From the NCBI GenBank assembly GCA_021802125.1, contig JAKAAX010000003.1, forward strand, positions 148,300 through 212,299: a stretch of 64,000 nucleotides of DNA. Direction: 5' to 3'. Below, in pieces: positions 36,901-45,399 of this stretch. The DNA comes from Thermoplasmata archaeon (lineage in GTDB: Archaea > Thermoplasmatota > Thermoplasmata > Lutacidiplasmatales > UBA184). The notes beneath the pieces were generated by a model. The model was not told the DNA's origin. It saw only the letters and a program-made list of their open reading frames with translations, and did not search any database. Made by a program: the position numbers and the translations under genes. Positions within the stretch are counted from its first letter, which is position 1. Every line of letters begins with the position of its first letter.

Positions 36901-37277
36901 GCCTCGACGACGGTGGGTGCCCCGGCGCTGGGTGACTCTCCCCCCGCGGGGAGGGTCCGCGCGTAGATGGTCCCCGGGCTGTGGAAGACCGGCACCGCGA
37001 GGCCGTGAGCGCCGGCTGACGAGGACAAGGCGTTCGGAGCTCCCCCCGCAAGCGGGTGTGAGGCGGCAGACGCGAGCGTCGGCAGGGGGGCGTGGACGAC
37101 CCCCCCGGCCATCGGCAGGATCGGAGCGGCGAGCACGAGGCAAAGCAGGAGGACCATCGGGACCTTGGTCATCCCTGAGCCCAGCCCCGCGAAGCCCGTG
37201 AAGGCCGACGCTGGCGGAGAACCCCGTGAATTCGCCGCCACATCTCTGAGTACCCGTCGAGCCCCGGACTCGCTCAT
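33987..37277 (-). CDS. giant surface protein: unrecognised head + InlB-B-repeat-like array + PKD + TM + PPxY/polyproline tail
   Basis: ORF 33987..37406, with likely starts at ATG 37277 or 37172 (MTKVPMVLLLCLVLAAPILPMAG signal). Repeats with G(F/Y)RF..W(T/S)S.GG signatures. PKD signature (WRFGDGKS). NPWLWVVVVVAIAAVVVAAVYV + RRRRH. Tail contains PPGY, PPEY and PPPPP runs. Confidence 0.8.
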   Translation of the reverse strand: MSESGARRVLRDVAANSRGSPPASAFTGFAGLGSGMTKVPMVLLLCLVLAAPILPMAGGVVHAPLPTLASAASHPLAGGAPNALSSSAGAHGLAVPVFHSPGTIYARTLPAGGESPSAGAPTVVEARTGASARLVGVLRPFASLGELPTSTPSGASAAATASPGPALGATGSSMKNGTLGWNGSDYIAGKLYPPDGGLAIGRGYIVEEINANIRIWTTSGTYVTQASLDTFYQSTTGAFLGDTALLYDDQHDHFIALTINITTNLLIFSVSQTSDPTGAWWEYVLPVIGANLPDQPFIGIDSNTFAVTANDAGGAYAYEAWFLNLSDIESGVVRPATQTVPVDSALNCVRPARTYQPSSTIYMAGDNLGGGTTTVSLFVVTGSPPATVTVTEHDFTTSTSPVPQGSQPSGVSVNTDDGRVVGTAWRNGTLWATANDGCGGGSTACSHFWEFDTTTLTLQQDFTWLPPGTGMTDYYAAPAIDSYGDLGVVASFSSSTVFPSVLITGQSVTDPANTLETPIVVKPGYGNEMYGRFGDYNTADVDPTNGVSIWTEGEWIPGDPSTDYWGTWIQNFTFTPPSFTVNITVTPAGAGAVSIGGTPYYNGDSIVLLAGSYPLGAVTHAGNRFSAWSSTGGVSENGGTLVVARGGSIIATFVRHPQVVFTIVPTTCAPIFFNGTPVSSGTTGSYDLGSYAARAPSCAGFRFVNWTSTGGVTLTGASLANASASVASNGTLTATWRWIPIPSYTLGVSIGTPACATRPLLVNGSTLSSGGSVSIRAGTYGLSVSPCPQHTFFQWNASGHAGTTPSNLATTQVNVTGNGTISAEFVPTVYRLSVHIAPGNCQVRIGGQVYANGSFATLTAGNYSYASLPCSGYFSPSFALSGFARTNGASQLELMGNGTLSATYPPLLTMTISGTASIQLGSTAFLNASLVGGVRPISLSWRFGDGKSALTTVTSGTLGPASHVYGSGGTFTVHVTANDSSGQEVNATWTVTVQAPANQGLLAAFSGNPWLWVVVVVAIAAVVVAAVYVHRRRRHSQDPSNLAPPESTYPEPGPWQGSPPGYAPQGGYAAPPPPPSWAPPEYAPAAPPPVWPPPPP

Positions 37278-37441
37278 GTAAGGGTCCTCAGCAACGTGTC
37301 CTGGCGTAAACCTTCCCCGAAACGAGATGGGGTGTCGATTTTCGTCACCGCTGCCGTCCCCGCCTACCGCGGTCGCCAGGGGTGCGGGGTTGGTGAAAGA
37401 GTTCATCGGGCGGAGGGCACCTATCCCGAGCGGCGACGCGC

Positions 37442-38365
37442 TTGATCGAGATCGCGGGCCTCACCCGAAGGTTCGGGGAGGTCACGGCCGTCGAGGACCT
37501 GACGCTCTCGGTGCGGTCCGGGGAGTGCTTCGGCCTCCTGGGCCCGAACGGGGCGGGGAAGACCACCACCGTCCGAATGCTCTGCTCCCTCATCGCCCCC
37601 ACCGCCGGGACCGCCCGCGTGGCCGGTCTCGACCTGATGGCAGAGGGGGCGGGGTCGAAGATCCGCGCCTCGATCGGACTGCTGCCGGAGAACCCGGGGC
37701 TGTACGAGACCCTCTCGCCACGCGAGAACCTTGCCTTCTTCGGGGAGCTCTACGGGCTCTCCCCGAGCGAGAGCCGACCGCGCATCGACCTCTTGTTGGA
37801 CCAGCTGGACCTGACGAAGGACCGCGACCGGGCCACGGCGACCTTTTCGAAAGGGATGAAACAGAAGGTCGCCCTCGCAAGGGCCCTCCTCCATCGCCCA
37901 CGCATCCTCTTCCTGGACGAACCGACCTCCGGCCTGGACCCGTTCTCGGCGAGGATCGTCAAGGACGTGCTGCTCGCGCTGAAGAAGGACGGGACGACGA
38001 TCTTCCTCTCGACCCACAACCTCCCCGAGGCCGAGGAGCTCTGCGACAGGGTGGGGATCCTGCGGAAGAAGCTCCTCGTGGTCGGGACCCCGCGGGAGCT
38101 CCCGCGCCGGCTCCCCCGCCGCGGCGCGCGGCTGCGCTGGCAGGACGGGTTCTCGCCGGACCTCCGGCGGCTCACCTCGCTCGAGGGCGTCCGGAGCTTG
38201 CGCGTGGAAGGCGCGGCCCTGTTCGCCGACCTTGACGAGCCGGAGCGTCGGATCCCCTCCCTCGTGGACGAGCTCGTGCGCCAGGGGGCGCGGATCACCT
38301 TCGCGGGAGAGGAGGTGCCCTCCCTGGAGGAGGCCTACCTGGAGCTCATCGGGGGTGCGGCATGA
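37442..38365 (+). CDS. ABC transporter ATP-binding protein (ABC-2 type)
   Basis: 307-aa ORF (TTG start). Walker A GPNGAGKTT, signature FSKGMKQKVALARAL, Walker B ILFLDEPTSGLD. Confidence 0.9.
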   Translation: MIEIAGLTRRFGEVTAVEDLTLSVRSGECFGLLGPNGAGKTTTVRMLCSLIAPTAGTARVAGLDLMAEGAGSKIRASIGLLPENPGLYETLSPRENLAFFGELYGLSPSESRPRIDLLLDQLDLTKDRDRATATFSKGMKQKVALARALLHRPRILFLDEPTSGLDPFSARIVKDVLLALKKDGTTIFLSTHNLPEAEELCDRVGILRKKLLVVGTPRELPRRLPRRGARLRWQDGFSPDLRRLTSLEGVRSLRVEGAALFADLDEPERRIPSLVDELVRQGARITFAGEEVPSLEEAYLELIGGAA

Positions 38366-39492
38366 GCCTCTTCGACCCGGGCCGCTCGTGGGCCGTCGTC
38401 CGCAAGGAGCTCAAGGAGTACAGTCGACAGCGGTTCATCCTCTCCACCCTGCTCGTGCCGCCGATCGTCCTGGCGGTCATCGGGCCCCTGGGCGCGTCGT
38501 TGCCCCTCTACCTCGGGCAGCACCAGGTCGATCCCCAGGTCATCGACCATTTTCCGCGGCCCTCGGCGACCATATGGTTGGGGCCGGACAACTCCTCCGC
38601 CTACCTCGCCAACCATACTTCCAACGGCGAGTTACGGCTGGACCACGTAGGGGTGATCGGGCTCTCGCTGAGCTTCGTCATCGTCCAGAACTCCACCCTC
38701 GAGGGAGCGACCCTCGTCCAGTATTCGATGAACCATAGCGTCGTCATCGGGTCGAACCTGACAAACGGGGTGGCCACGAGCACCCTGCTCTTCCATTCCA
38801 ACGTCCACAAGTCGGTGCTGCAGAACTGCACCGGGCTCGGCCTCAAGATCTGGCAGACGATGCTCGTGGGCTCCCCGAACGTCCAGGTCCTCCAGCAGGA
38901 CGGGTCCTCACCGGCGACGATCGCGGAGCAGATACTCGCAGGCTACCCTCTGCTGATGGCGGTGATCCCGGCCGTCCTTCCCGCCGGGATCGCCTCGTAC
39001 GCGCTGGTGGGCGAGAAGAACAACCGGAGCCTCGAGCCCCTCCTGGCCTCCCCGCTCTCGGACCGGGAGCTGCTCTGGGGCAAGATCCTGGGCATTCTCC
39101 TCCCGACTCTCGGAGTGACCGCGATGGGCTTCACCCTCCTGGCCATTGTCTCCGACGCCCTCGTCGCGGGGCCCCTCGGCTTCCTCCTCTTCCCGAACCT
39201 CACCTGGGCGATCGCCTTCCTCGCGCTCTCCCCCCTGCTCGCATTCATGGCGATCACCATCTCGGTCGTGATCTCCGCCCGTTCCACCGATGTCCGGTCG
39301 GCCCAGGAGGTCTCGAGCCTGCTGGTCCTTCCCGTGATCTTCCTCTTCGTGGGCTCGATCCTCACCTCCGCTCTCACGAACGTGTGGGTCCTAGGGGTGC
39401 TGGCGGTGGGACTGCTCGCGCTCGACGCGGTGCTCTTCCAGATCGCGGTGGACCTCTTCCAACGCGAAGCGATCCTGGTCAAGTGGAAGTAA
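38362..39492 (+). CDS. ABC-2 family permease with large extracytoplasmic loop
   Basis: 376-aa ORF, ATGA-coupled to the ATPase gene. TM1 is followed by a ~130-aa loop and then 5 TM helices. Confidence 0.75.
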   Translation: MSLFDPGRSWAVVRKELKEYSRQRFILSTLLVPPIVLAVIGPLGASLPLYLGQHQVDPQVIDHFPRPSATIWLGPDNSSAYLANHTSNGELRLDHVGVIGLSLSFVIVQNSTLEGATLVQYSMNHSVVIGSNLTNGVATSTLLFHSNVHKSVLQNCTGLGLKIWQTMLVGSPNVQVLQQDGSSPATIAEQILAGYPLLMAVIPAVLPAGIASYALVGEKNNRSLEPLLASPLSDRELLWGKILGILLPTLGVTAMGFTLLAIVSDALVAGPLGFLLFPNLTWAIAFLALSPLLAFMAITISVVISARSTDVRSAQEVSSLLVLPVIFLFVGSILTSALTNVWVLGVLAVGLLALDAVLFQIAVDLFQREAILVKWK

Positions 39493-39796
39493 CGCAGCAG
39501 GTCCGGGAAGGCCCCGGGTCGCCCTTCCGGTTGCTCCGGGGAGGGTCCGCGCGCCCAACGCGGGCGATGCCCCCTCTGGGGCGGGGGCCCTCTTCCCGGT
39601 TCCCGAAGTCTTCGGGCAGGAAGCTCGACCGATCGCCCCTCGCCCTTCGCGCCTCACCCCTCCGGTCCCGCTCGGCTTACCGGTCTGGGGGGTGCCCGGG
39701 AACCGGTTCGCCCTCGGGCTCCCGCCTCGGGCCCAGGTCACACTCCGCGGACTCTCGCCACTCCTCAAATACCTCGTCTCCGTGGGGAGCCCGGCC

Positions 39797-40495
39797 ATGT
39801 TCGGGTCCACTCCTGCCATCTCTCAGCCGCCGATGTCCGGCCGCACCGCGTACGACCTTCCCCCGGGCGTGATGAAGGGCACGACGACCGTCGGGCTCGT
39901 CTGCAAGGACGGGGTGGTGCTGGGGACGGAGCGCCGGGCCACCTACTACGGCGGGTTCATCGCGAGCAAGACCGCCCAGAAGCTCTTCCGGATCGACGAG
40001 CGGATCGGGGCCACGATCGCCGGAGGGGTAGGAGACGCCCAGACCCTCATCCGGACCCTCCGCGCCGAGGCCGCGCTCTACCGCCTCCGCCGGACCGCCC
40101 CGATGACCGTGGAGGCCGCCACGACGCTGCTCTCCAACATCCTGAACGGGAACCGCTACTTCCCCTACTACGTCGGCATGATGGTCGGTGGGGTCGACCC
40201 CAGCGGCAACCGCCTCTTCTCCATCGACGCCGACGGCGGGGCGATCTCCGACAAGTATGCTTCCGTCGGAAGCGGCTCGACGATCGCCTACGGGGTCCTG
40301 GAAGAGTCCTACGAACCCACCCTCACGCTGAACGAGGGGGCCGACGTGACCGTCCGTGCCCTGACGGCCGCCATGAAGCGCGACGCCAACAGCGGCAACG
40401 GCTACCTCCTCGCCACGATCAGCGAGAAGGAGTTCCACGAGCACTCCGAGGACGAGGTCAAGAAGCGCCTCTCCCGGCTGAAGATCTCCCTCTGA
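39797..40495 (+). CDS. psmB: proteasome subunit beta
   Basis: Propeptide, then the processing site G/TTTVGLVCKDGVVLG; also GSGS. ATG 39797 lies about 29 nt downstream of tcaaatac (39765-39772). Confidence 0.92.
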   Translation: MFGSTPAISQPPMSGRTAYDLPPGVMKGTTTVGLVCKDGVVLGTERRATYYGGFIASKTAQKLFRIDERIGATIAGGVGDAQTLIRTLRAEAALYRLRRTAPMTVEAATTLLSNILNGNRYFPYYVGMMVGGVDPSGNRLFSIDADGGAISDKYASVGSGSTIAYGVLEESYEPTLTLNEGADVTVRALTAAMKRDANSGNGYLLATISEKEFHEHSEDEVKKRLSRLKISL

Positions 40496-40612
40496 GGGAG
40501 ACGGGGCCCGTCCGCGCCCGACCCGAGGTCGGGCGAGGGTGTCGGGCCCTGAGACCGAGCCCTTTTAGGCGGAACGACCCCATGAGAGCCCCTGCGTAGG
40601 CACGCTCTGTCC

Positions 40613-41794
40613 ATGCCCAAACGAGACTACTACGACGTCCTGAAACTCCCCAAGACCGCGAGCCCGGAGGAGATCCGATCCTCCTACCGCAAGCTCGCGC
40701 GGGAGTACCATCCGGACCTCAACAAGGAGAACGCGAAGGAGGCGGAGGAGAAGTTCAAGGAGCTCTCCGAGGCCTACGAGGTGCTCGCGGACGAGCAGAA
40801 GCGCAAGCACTACGACATGGGGGGTTTCGACGCGGTCTCCCAGGACTTCGGCCCTCAGGGGTTCAACTGGCAGAACTTCTCCCACGCCGGGGACCTGGAG
40901 GACATGTTCGGCGGGATGGACCCGCTGAGGGACTTCTTCCGTCAGGCCGGGGTCCGAGGCGACCTCTTCGGGGGGATGTTCGGTCAGGGGTTCCAGGTCG
41001 CCTCCCGAGGCCGGGGCCGCGACCTGGAGGTCGCGATCCGGGTGAAGCTCGGGGACCTCATCCAGGGCATCCAGCGCGATGTGGAGGTACCCCGTGCCGA
41101 CCGTTGCGAGGACTGCAAGGGGACCGGCGCCGAGGGCGGGACCGCGCTGGAGACCTGCAAGACCTGCGGCGGCAGCGGGCAGGTCAGGAACGTGCGCCGC
41201 TCCGGCTACGCCCAGCTCGTCACGATCAACGCGTGCCCCACGTGCAGGGGCGAGGGCCGCAAGATCCTCAAGGCGTGCACGCACTGCGGGGGTGCCGGTC
41301 GGCTGCGCGTCAACCGCCATCTCCGGATCCGGATCCCCCCCGGCCTGGACGACGGGACCGTCCTCCGGCTGGCAGGCGAGGGCGAGCGCGGCCCTTCGGG
41401 AAGGGCGGGCGACCTCTTCGTCCAGGTGATCGTCGACAACGGCACCTTCCACCGCGAGGGCCGGGACATCTACACCGACCTCACCGTGGGTCTCTCCCAG
41501 GCGCTGCTCGGCGACACGGTGAGGATCCCCACCCTCTCGGGCCAGGCCGAGCTCTCCGTCCCCCCGGCAACCCAGCCGGAGTCCACGCTCCGCCTGAAGG
41601 GCGAGGGAATGCCACCCCCTGGGGGAGGGAGCCGGGGCGACCTCTTCGTGACCATCCATGTGCGACTGCCCGACCGGCTCTCCTCCGAGCAGCGCGACAC
41701 CGTGCGGAGGACGTTCGGAGAACCTGGCGGGGTGGCCTCTCTCCCCGAGCGGGACAAGGGCTCCGGCGGTTTCTTCAGTCGCCGCAAGGGGTGA
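40613..41794 (+). CDS. dnaJ: molecular chaperone DnaJ (type I)
   Basis: 393-aa ORF. J domain with HPD (YHPDLNK), G/F-rich linker, four CxxCxGxG motifs, C-terminal substrate-binding domains. Confidence 0.93.
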   Translation: MPKRDYYDVLKLPKTASPEEIRSSYRKLAREYHPDLNKENAKEAEEKFKELSEAYEVLADEQKRKHYDMGGFDAVSQDFGPQGFNWQNFSHAGDLEDMFGGMDPLRDFFRQAGVRGDLFGGMFGQGFQVASRGRGRDLEVAIRVKLGDLIQGIQRDVEVPRADRCEDCKGTGAEGGTALETCKTCGGSGQVRNVRRSGYAQLVTINACPTCRGEGRKILKACTHCGGAGRLRVNRHLRIRIPPGLDDGTVLRLAGEGERGPSGRAGDLFVQVIVDNGTFHREGRDIYTDLTVGLSQALLGDTVRIPTLSGQAELSVPPATQPESTLRLKGEGMPPPGGGSRGDLFVTIHVRLPDRLSSEQRDTVRRTFGEPGGVASLPERDKGSGGFFSRRKG

Positions 41795-41796
41795 GC

Positions 41797-42468
41797 ATGC
41801 CTCCCGACCCTCCCGGAAGCCCTCCGCAGGACGAGACTCCAGAGGAGCTCGCACAGCCGTTCCAGCACTACTTCACGCCGAAGCCCAAAGTGGGCCACGC
41901 CACCCGGACGCTCCGCTTCCTCTACCGCGGGCGGGTCCTCTCCTTCACCACCGACCTGGGGATCTTCTCTTACGAGGGGGTGGACCCCGGCACGTCGCTT
42001 CTCATCGAGAACATGGAGCTCGAGGAGGACGAGAACGTCCTGGACATCGGCTGCGGATGGGGAGCCATCGGGATCGCGGCGGCCGTGAGCGTGCCCCAGG
42101 GCCAGGCTACGCTCGTCGACGTGAACCATCGGGCCATCCTGCTGGCCAGGCAGAACGCCCGAGCGAACCACCTCAGCAACGTGGAGGTCCTGCAGGGCGA
42201 TCTTTTCGCTCCGGTAGGCGAGCGCCGGTTCGACCTCATCGCCACCAACCCCCCCTACAAGGCTGGGCGAGACCTCGTGATCCGCGCCCTGGAGGAGGCT
42301 CCGGCGCACCTCACCCCTGGGGGCCGGCTTCTCCTCGTAGGAAAAGGGAGCCAGGGGGTCCTCTTCTACCAGCGCTGGCTCGAGGAGCGTTGGGCCTCCG
42401 TCGAGGTCATGGGACGAAGGTCTGGCTATCGGGTGCTGAAGGCGTCGGGTCCCCCGGCTTCGCCGTGA
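41797..42468 (+). CDS. class I SAM-dependent methyltransferase, MTS/RsmC-like with NPPY motif
   Basis: 223 codons from ATG 41797 (inside ORF 41104..42468). Motifs VLDIGCGWGAIG and IATNPPY. Starts 3 nt after the dnaJ stop. Confidence 0.8.
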   Translation: MPPDPPGSPPQDETPEELAQPFQHYFTPKPKVGHATRTLRFLYRGRVLSFTTDLGIFSYEGVDPGTSLLIENMELEEDENVLDIGCGWGAIGIAAAVSVPQGQATLVDVNHRAILLARQNARANHLSNVEVLQGDLFAPVGERRFDLIATNPPYKAGRDLVIRALEEAPAHLTPGGRLLLVGKGSQGVLFYQRWLEERWASVEVMGRRSGYRVLKASGPPASP

Positions 42469-42568
42469 ACCCGGGCCCCTGGGTTCCTGAGGGAGGCGCC
42501 CGGACCCCCCGGTTACGGGGGGAGCGTGGGCCCGGGAGACCCTTACATCGGGGAAACCCAGGGCTAAG

Positions 42569-42577
42569 GCTTAAATT
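42569..42577 (+). promoter_or_regulatory. TATA-like element upstream of the rps13 operon
   Basis: cttaaatta is the only AT-rich block in the spacer. It is followed by the direct repeat aaggtcggggc(g/a)aac at 42585-42600 and 42607-42621. Confidence 0.35.
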
Positions 42578-42912
42578 AGGGAATAAGGTCGGGGCGAACC
42601 CCCGGCAAGGTCGGGGCAACATCCAGGAGGGATCGCACGGCGCCTAAGGAGGAGAAGGGAGTCGCTTCTCCCGCTCAAGAATCCAAGACCGCAGCCCCCG
42701 CTGGCGGACCCGCCGCAGCCGCGAAGGATGCGGGCAAGAAGCCCAAGGAAGGCAAGGAGCCCAAGGAGGCGAAGGGCGAGAAGGGCGGCGAGAAGAAGGC
42801 CGCGAAATCCGGTCCCCCCGAGAAGAAGACCAAGAAGGTCTCCGACAATCCCAATTTCCGTTACATCGTCCGCGTCGCGAACACCGACCTGGACGGAACG
42901 CGCCCGACCATC

Positions 42913-43341
42913 ATGGCGCTCACCAAGATCCCCGGCGTCGGCGTCCGTATCGCCGAGGCCACCGCCCGGGTCATGGGGCTCAACCCCTCCGGCTACATCG
43001 GGGACCTCACCGAGGAGCAGACCGAGGCGATCGAGACCACGATCCTCTCGATCTCCACGAAGCTCCCCCCCTGGATGCTGAACCATCCCATGGACCGCAC
43101 CACGGGAGAGGTCGGACACCTCGTTTCGGCGGACCTCGAGACCTCGATCCGCGACGACGTGAACCTGATGAAAATGATCCGGTGCTACAAGGGCATCCGG
43201 CACGAGCGCGGCCAGAAGGTCCGCGGACAGCGGACCCGGTCCAACGGAAGGACCGGCATGGCGGCAGGTGTCCTCAAGAAGGCAGCCAAGGAAGCGGCCG
43301 GCGCGGCGAAGGGCGCCGGAGGCAAGGAAGAAAAGAAGTGA
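42913..43341 (+). CDS. rps13: 30S ribosomal protein S13 (uS13); coordinates give the ATG-bounded ORF, but the true N-terminus lies upstream
   Basis: MALTKIPGVGVRIAE...CYKGIRHERGQKVRGQRTRSNGRTG. The conserved block NFRYIVRVANTDLDGTRPTI is encoded in-frame just upstream (42853-42912). The frame is open back to 42580 with no ATG, GTG or TTG. Confidence 0.9.
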   Translation: MALTKIPGVGVRIAEATARVMGLNPSGYIGDLTEEQTEAIETTILSISTKLPPWMLNHPMDRTTGEVGHLVSADLETSIRDDVNLMKMIRCYKGIRHERGQKVRGQRTRSNGRTGMAAGVLKKAAKEAAGAAKGAGGKEEKK

Positions 43342-43400
43342 GGTCCCCCCTCCCTTCTGAAAGGTCCTTCAACTCGGTATCCTAGGAGTTCAACGTCAAC

Positions 43401-44033
43401 ATGGGCGACCCCAAGTTCCTGCGCAGGACGTACGACCGGCCGAAGCACCCGTGGGAACAGGCCCGCATGGACGAAGAGCGCAAGCTGCTCGCCAAGTACG
43501 GGTTGAAGAACAAGCGGGAGCTGTGGAAGGCGGAGTCGCTGCTCCGTAACTACCGACGGCAGGCCCGTCAGCTGCAGGCACGGCTGCGCGCGAAGGAAGC
43601 GCAGGCCGAGAAGGAAACGAAGTGGCTCCTGGACAGCCTGGCCCGGCTCGGCGTCCTGCCGACGGGAACCCCGACCCTCGATGATGTGCTCACCCTCGAG
43701 ACCTCCGACCTCATCCAGCGCCGCCTTCAGTGGATCGTCTACGTGAAGGGACTGGCCGCGACGGCCCACCAGGCGAGGCAGCTCATCGTGCACGGACACA
43801 TCTCCATCGGCGACCACCGGGTGACGCGCCCGGGCTACTTCGTCCGCAGCGAGGAGGAGACCCGCATCGCCTACGACGGGTCGAGCCCGCTCAGCGACGA
43901 CAGCCACCAGATCCGCAACGCGATCCGGGCGAAGGCCGAGACCGCCAGCACGACGAGCGCGGCCGCCCCGATGGATCCGACCGCCGCCCCCGCGCCGACG
44001 GGGCCCTCTGGACCCGCCGTGGGAGGTGCCTGA
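43401..44033 (+). CDS. rps4: 30S ribosomal protein S4 (uS4)
   Basis: 210-aa [22 protein letters not shown]..., S4 RNA-binding domain, Ala/Pro-rich C-terminal extension. Confidence 0.95.
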   Translation: MGDPKFLRRTYDRPKHPWEQARMDEERKLLAKYGLKNKRELWKAESLLRNYRRQARQLQARLRAKEAQAEKETKWLLDSLARLGVLPTGTPTLDDVLTLETSDLIQRRLQWIVYVKGLAATAHQARQLIVHGHISIGDHRVTRPGYFVRSEEETRIAYDGSSPLSDDSHQIRNAIRAKAETASTTSAAAPMDPTAAPAPTGPSGPAVGGA

Positions 44034-44416
44034 TGGCGAAGGTCGGGATCGCCCACATCTTCGCCTCGTACAACAACATCCACATCGTCGTGACCGACAT
44101 CACCGGCGCCGAGACCCTCTCGAAGGCGACCGGCGGGATGGTGGTCAAGGCCGCCCGCGACGAGTCCTCTCCCTACGCGGCCATGAAGGCGGCCGACCAG
44201 GTCGCTGGTGAGATCCGCGAGAAGGGATACGACACGATCCACGTCCGCGTCCGCGCTCCCGGCGGCAACAAGCCCCGCTCGCCAGGACCCGGGGCCCAGG
44301 CGGCGATCCGCGCGCTCGCCCGCGCGGGGCTCAAGATCGGGCGCATCGAGGACGTCACGCCGATCCCCCACGACGGCACGAAGCCCAAGGGTGGTCGCCG
44401 GGGACGCCGGGTGTAG
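44033..44416 (+). CDS. rps11: 30S ribosomal protein S11 (uS11)
   Basis: 127 codons. [25 protein letters not shown]...[32 protein letters not shown]. The ATG overlaps the rps4 stop (TGATG), with GGAGGTG 6 nt upstream. Confidence 0.95.
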   Translation: MAKVGIAHIFASYNNIHIVVTDITGAETLSKATGGMVVKAARDESSPYAAMKAADQVAGEIREKGYDTIHVRVRAPGGNKPRSPGPGAQAAIRALARAGLKIGRIEDVTPIPHDGTKPKGGRRGRRV

Positions 44417-44448
44417 GACGGCTCGCCCCGGTTCAGGGAGGAAAGATC

Positions 44449-45294
44449 ATGGAGATCAGCATCGAGGAGCTCAAGCCTCACGCCGCCCGCATCCACTTCA
44501 CGAAGACCACGGCCAGCCAGATCAACTCGATCCGGCGGACCCTGCTCTCGGACGTCCCGAAGATGGCCATCGAGGACGTGGAGTTCCACTTGGGCCCGAT
44601 CCGTGACGAGGCCTCCGGAAAGGACTACGACTCCGCCACCAGCCTGTTCGACGAGAACGTCGCGCTCCGGCTCGGGCTCCTCCCGATCCCCTCGGACCTG
44701 AAGCAGTTCCGGTTCAAGGACAAGTGCGTCTGCAAGGGCGAGGGCTGCGCGAACTGCCAGATCGTCTACTCCATCGACAAGAAGGGCCCCTGCACGGTCT
44801 ACTCCGCGGACGTCGTCCCCATCGGGGACACGAAGCTCACGATCGCCGAGCCCAGCATCCCGATCGTCCGCTTGGGCGCGGACCAGGCGCTCCTGGTCTA
44901 CGCGACGGCGGTGATGGGGACCGCGAAGTCCCACGCGAAGTGGCAGGTGGCCCACGCGGTCGGCTTCGGCTACCAGCCGAAGGTCTCGGTCTCCCGAGCG
45001 AAGGAATGTTCTGACGGATGCCTCAAGAAGATGCCGACGCTCTGCCCCGGCAAGGTCTTCTCGTGGGCGGACGGGAAGCTCAAGGTCGTCAACGAGAGCG
45101 GCTGCATCTTCTGCGAGGCCTGCGAGAAGGCCTGCACGCACGGCAGCATCACCGTCGACAGCGACCCCACCGACATCCACTTCACCTTCGAGACCGACAG
45201 TTCGATGACGGTCCGTGAGGCCATGCGGTACGCGCTGAACGACATCCACCGCCGCCTGGAAGAGCTCCGGGACGCCGTGGTCTCCATCGGGTAG
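44449..45294 (+). CDS. rpoD: DNA-directed RNA polymerase subunit D (Rpo3) with Fe-S cluster domain
   Basis: 281-aa ORF. Dimerisation-domain pattern plus Cys clusters CVCKGEGCANC and CIFCEACEKAC. Conserved S13-S4-S11-RpoD synteny. Confidence 0.93.
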   Translation: MEISIEELKPHAARIHFTKTTASQINSIRRTLLSDVPKMAIEDVEFHLGPIRDEASGKDYDSATSLFDENVALRLGLLPIPSDLKQFRFKDKCVCKGEGCANCQIVYSIDKKGPCTVYSADVVPIGDTKLTIAEPSIPIVRLGADQALLVYATAVMGTAKSHAKWQVAHAVGFGYQPKVSVSRAKECSDGCLKKMPTLCPGKVFSWADGKLKVVNESGCIFCEACEKACTHGSITVDSDPTDIHFTFETDSSMTVREAMRYALNDIHRRLEELRDAVVSIG

Positions 45295-45399
45295 GCCCAC
45301 GGTGGACCTGCCTCCTGACCCTCCTGTTTGGGTCGGGTGGAATCGGTTGAACGGCGGGAAGATAGTCTCGGGCCTCTCAGTTAGGGTGAGGCCCTTGGC

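Noticed and set aside
42728-43081. 117-aa Arg/Pro/Ser-rich ORF starting at the only ATG in the rps13 upstream region.
   Set aside because: It is out of frame with the conserved uS13 sequence and has an implausible composition. It is kept only as a clue to a possible indel (see the rps13 finding).
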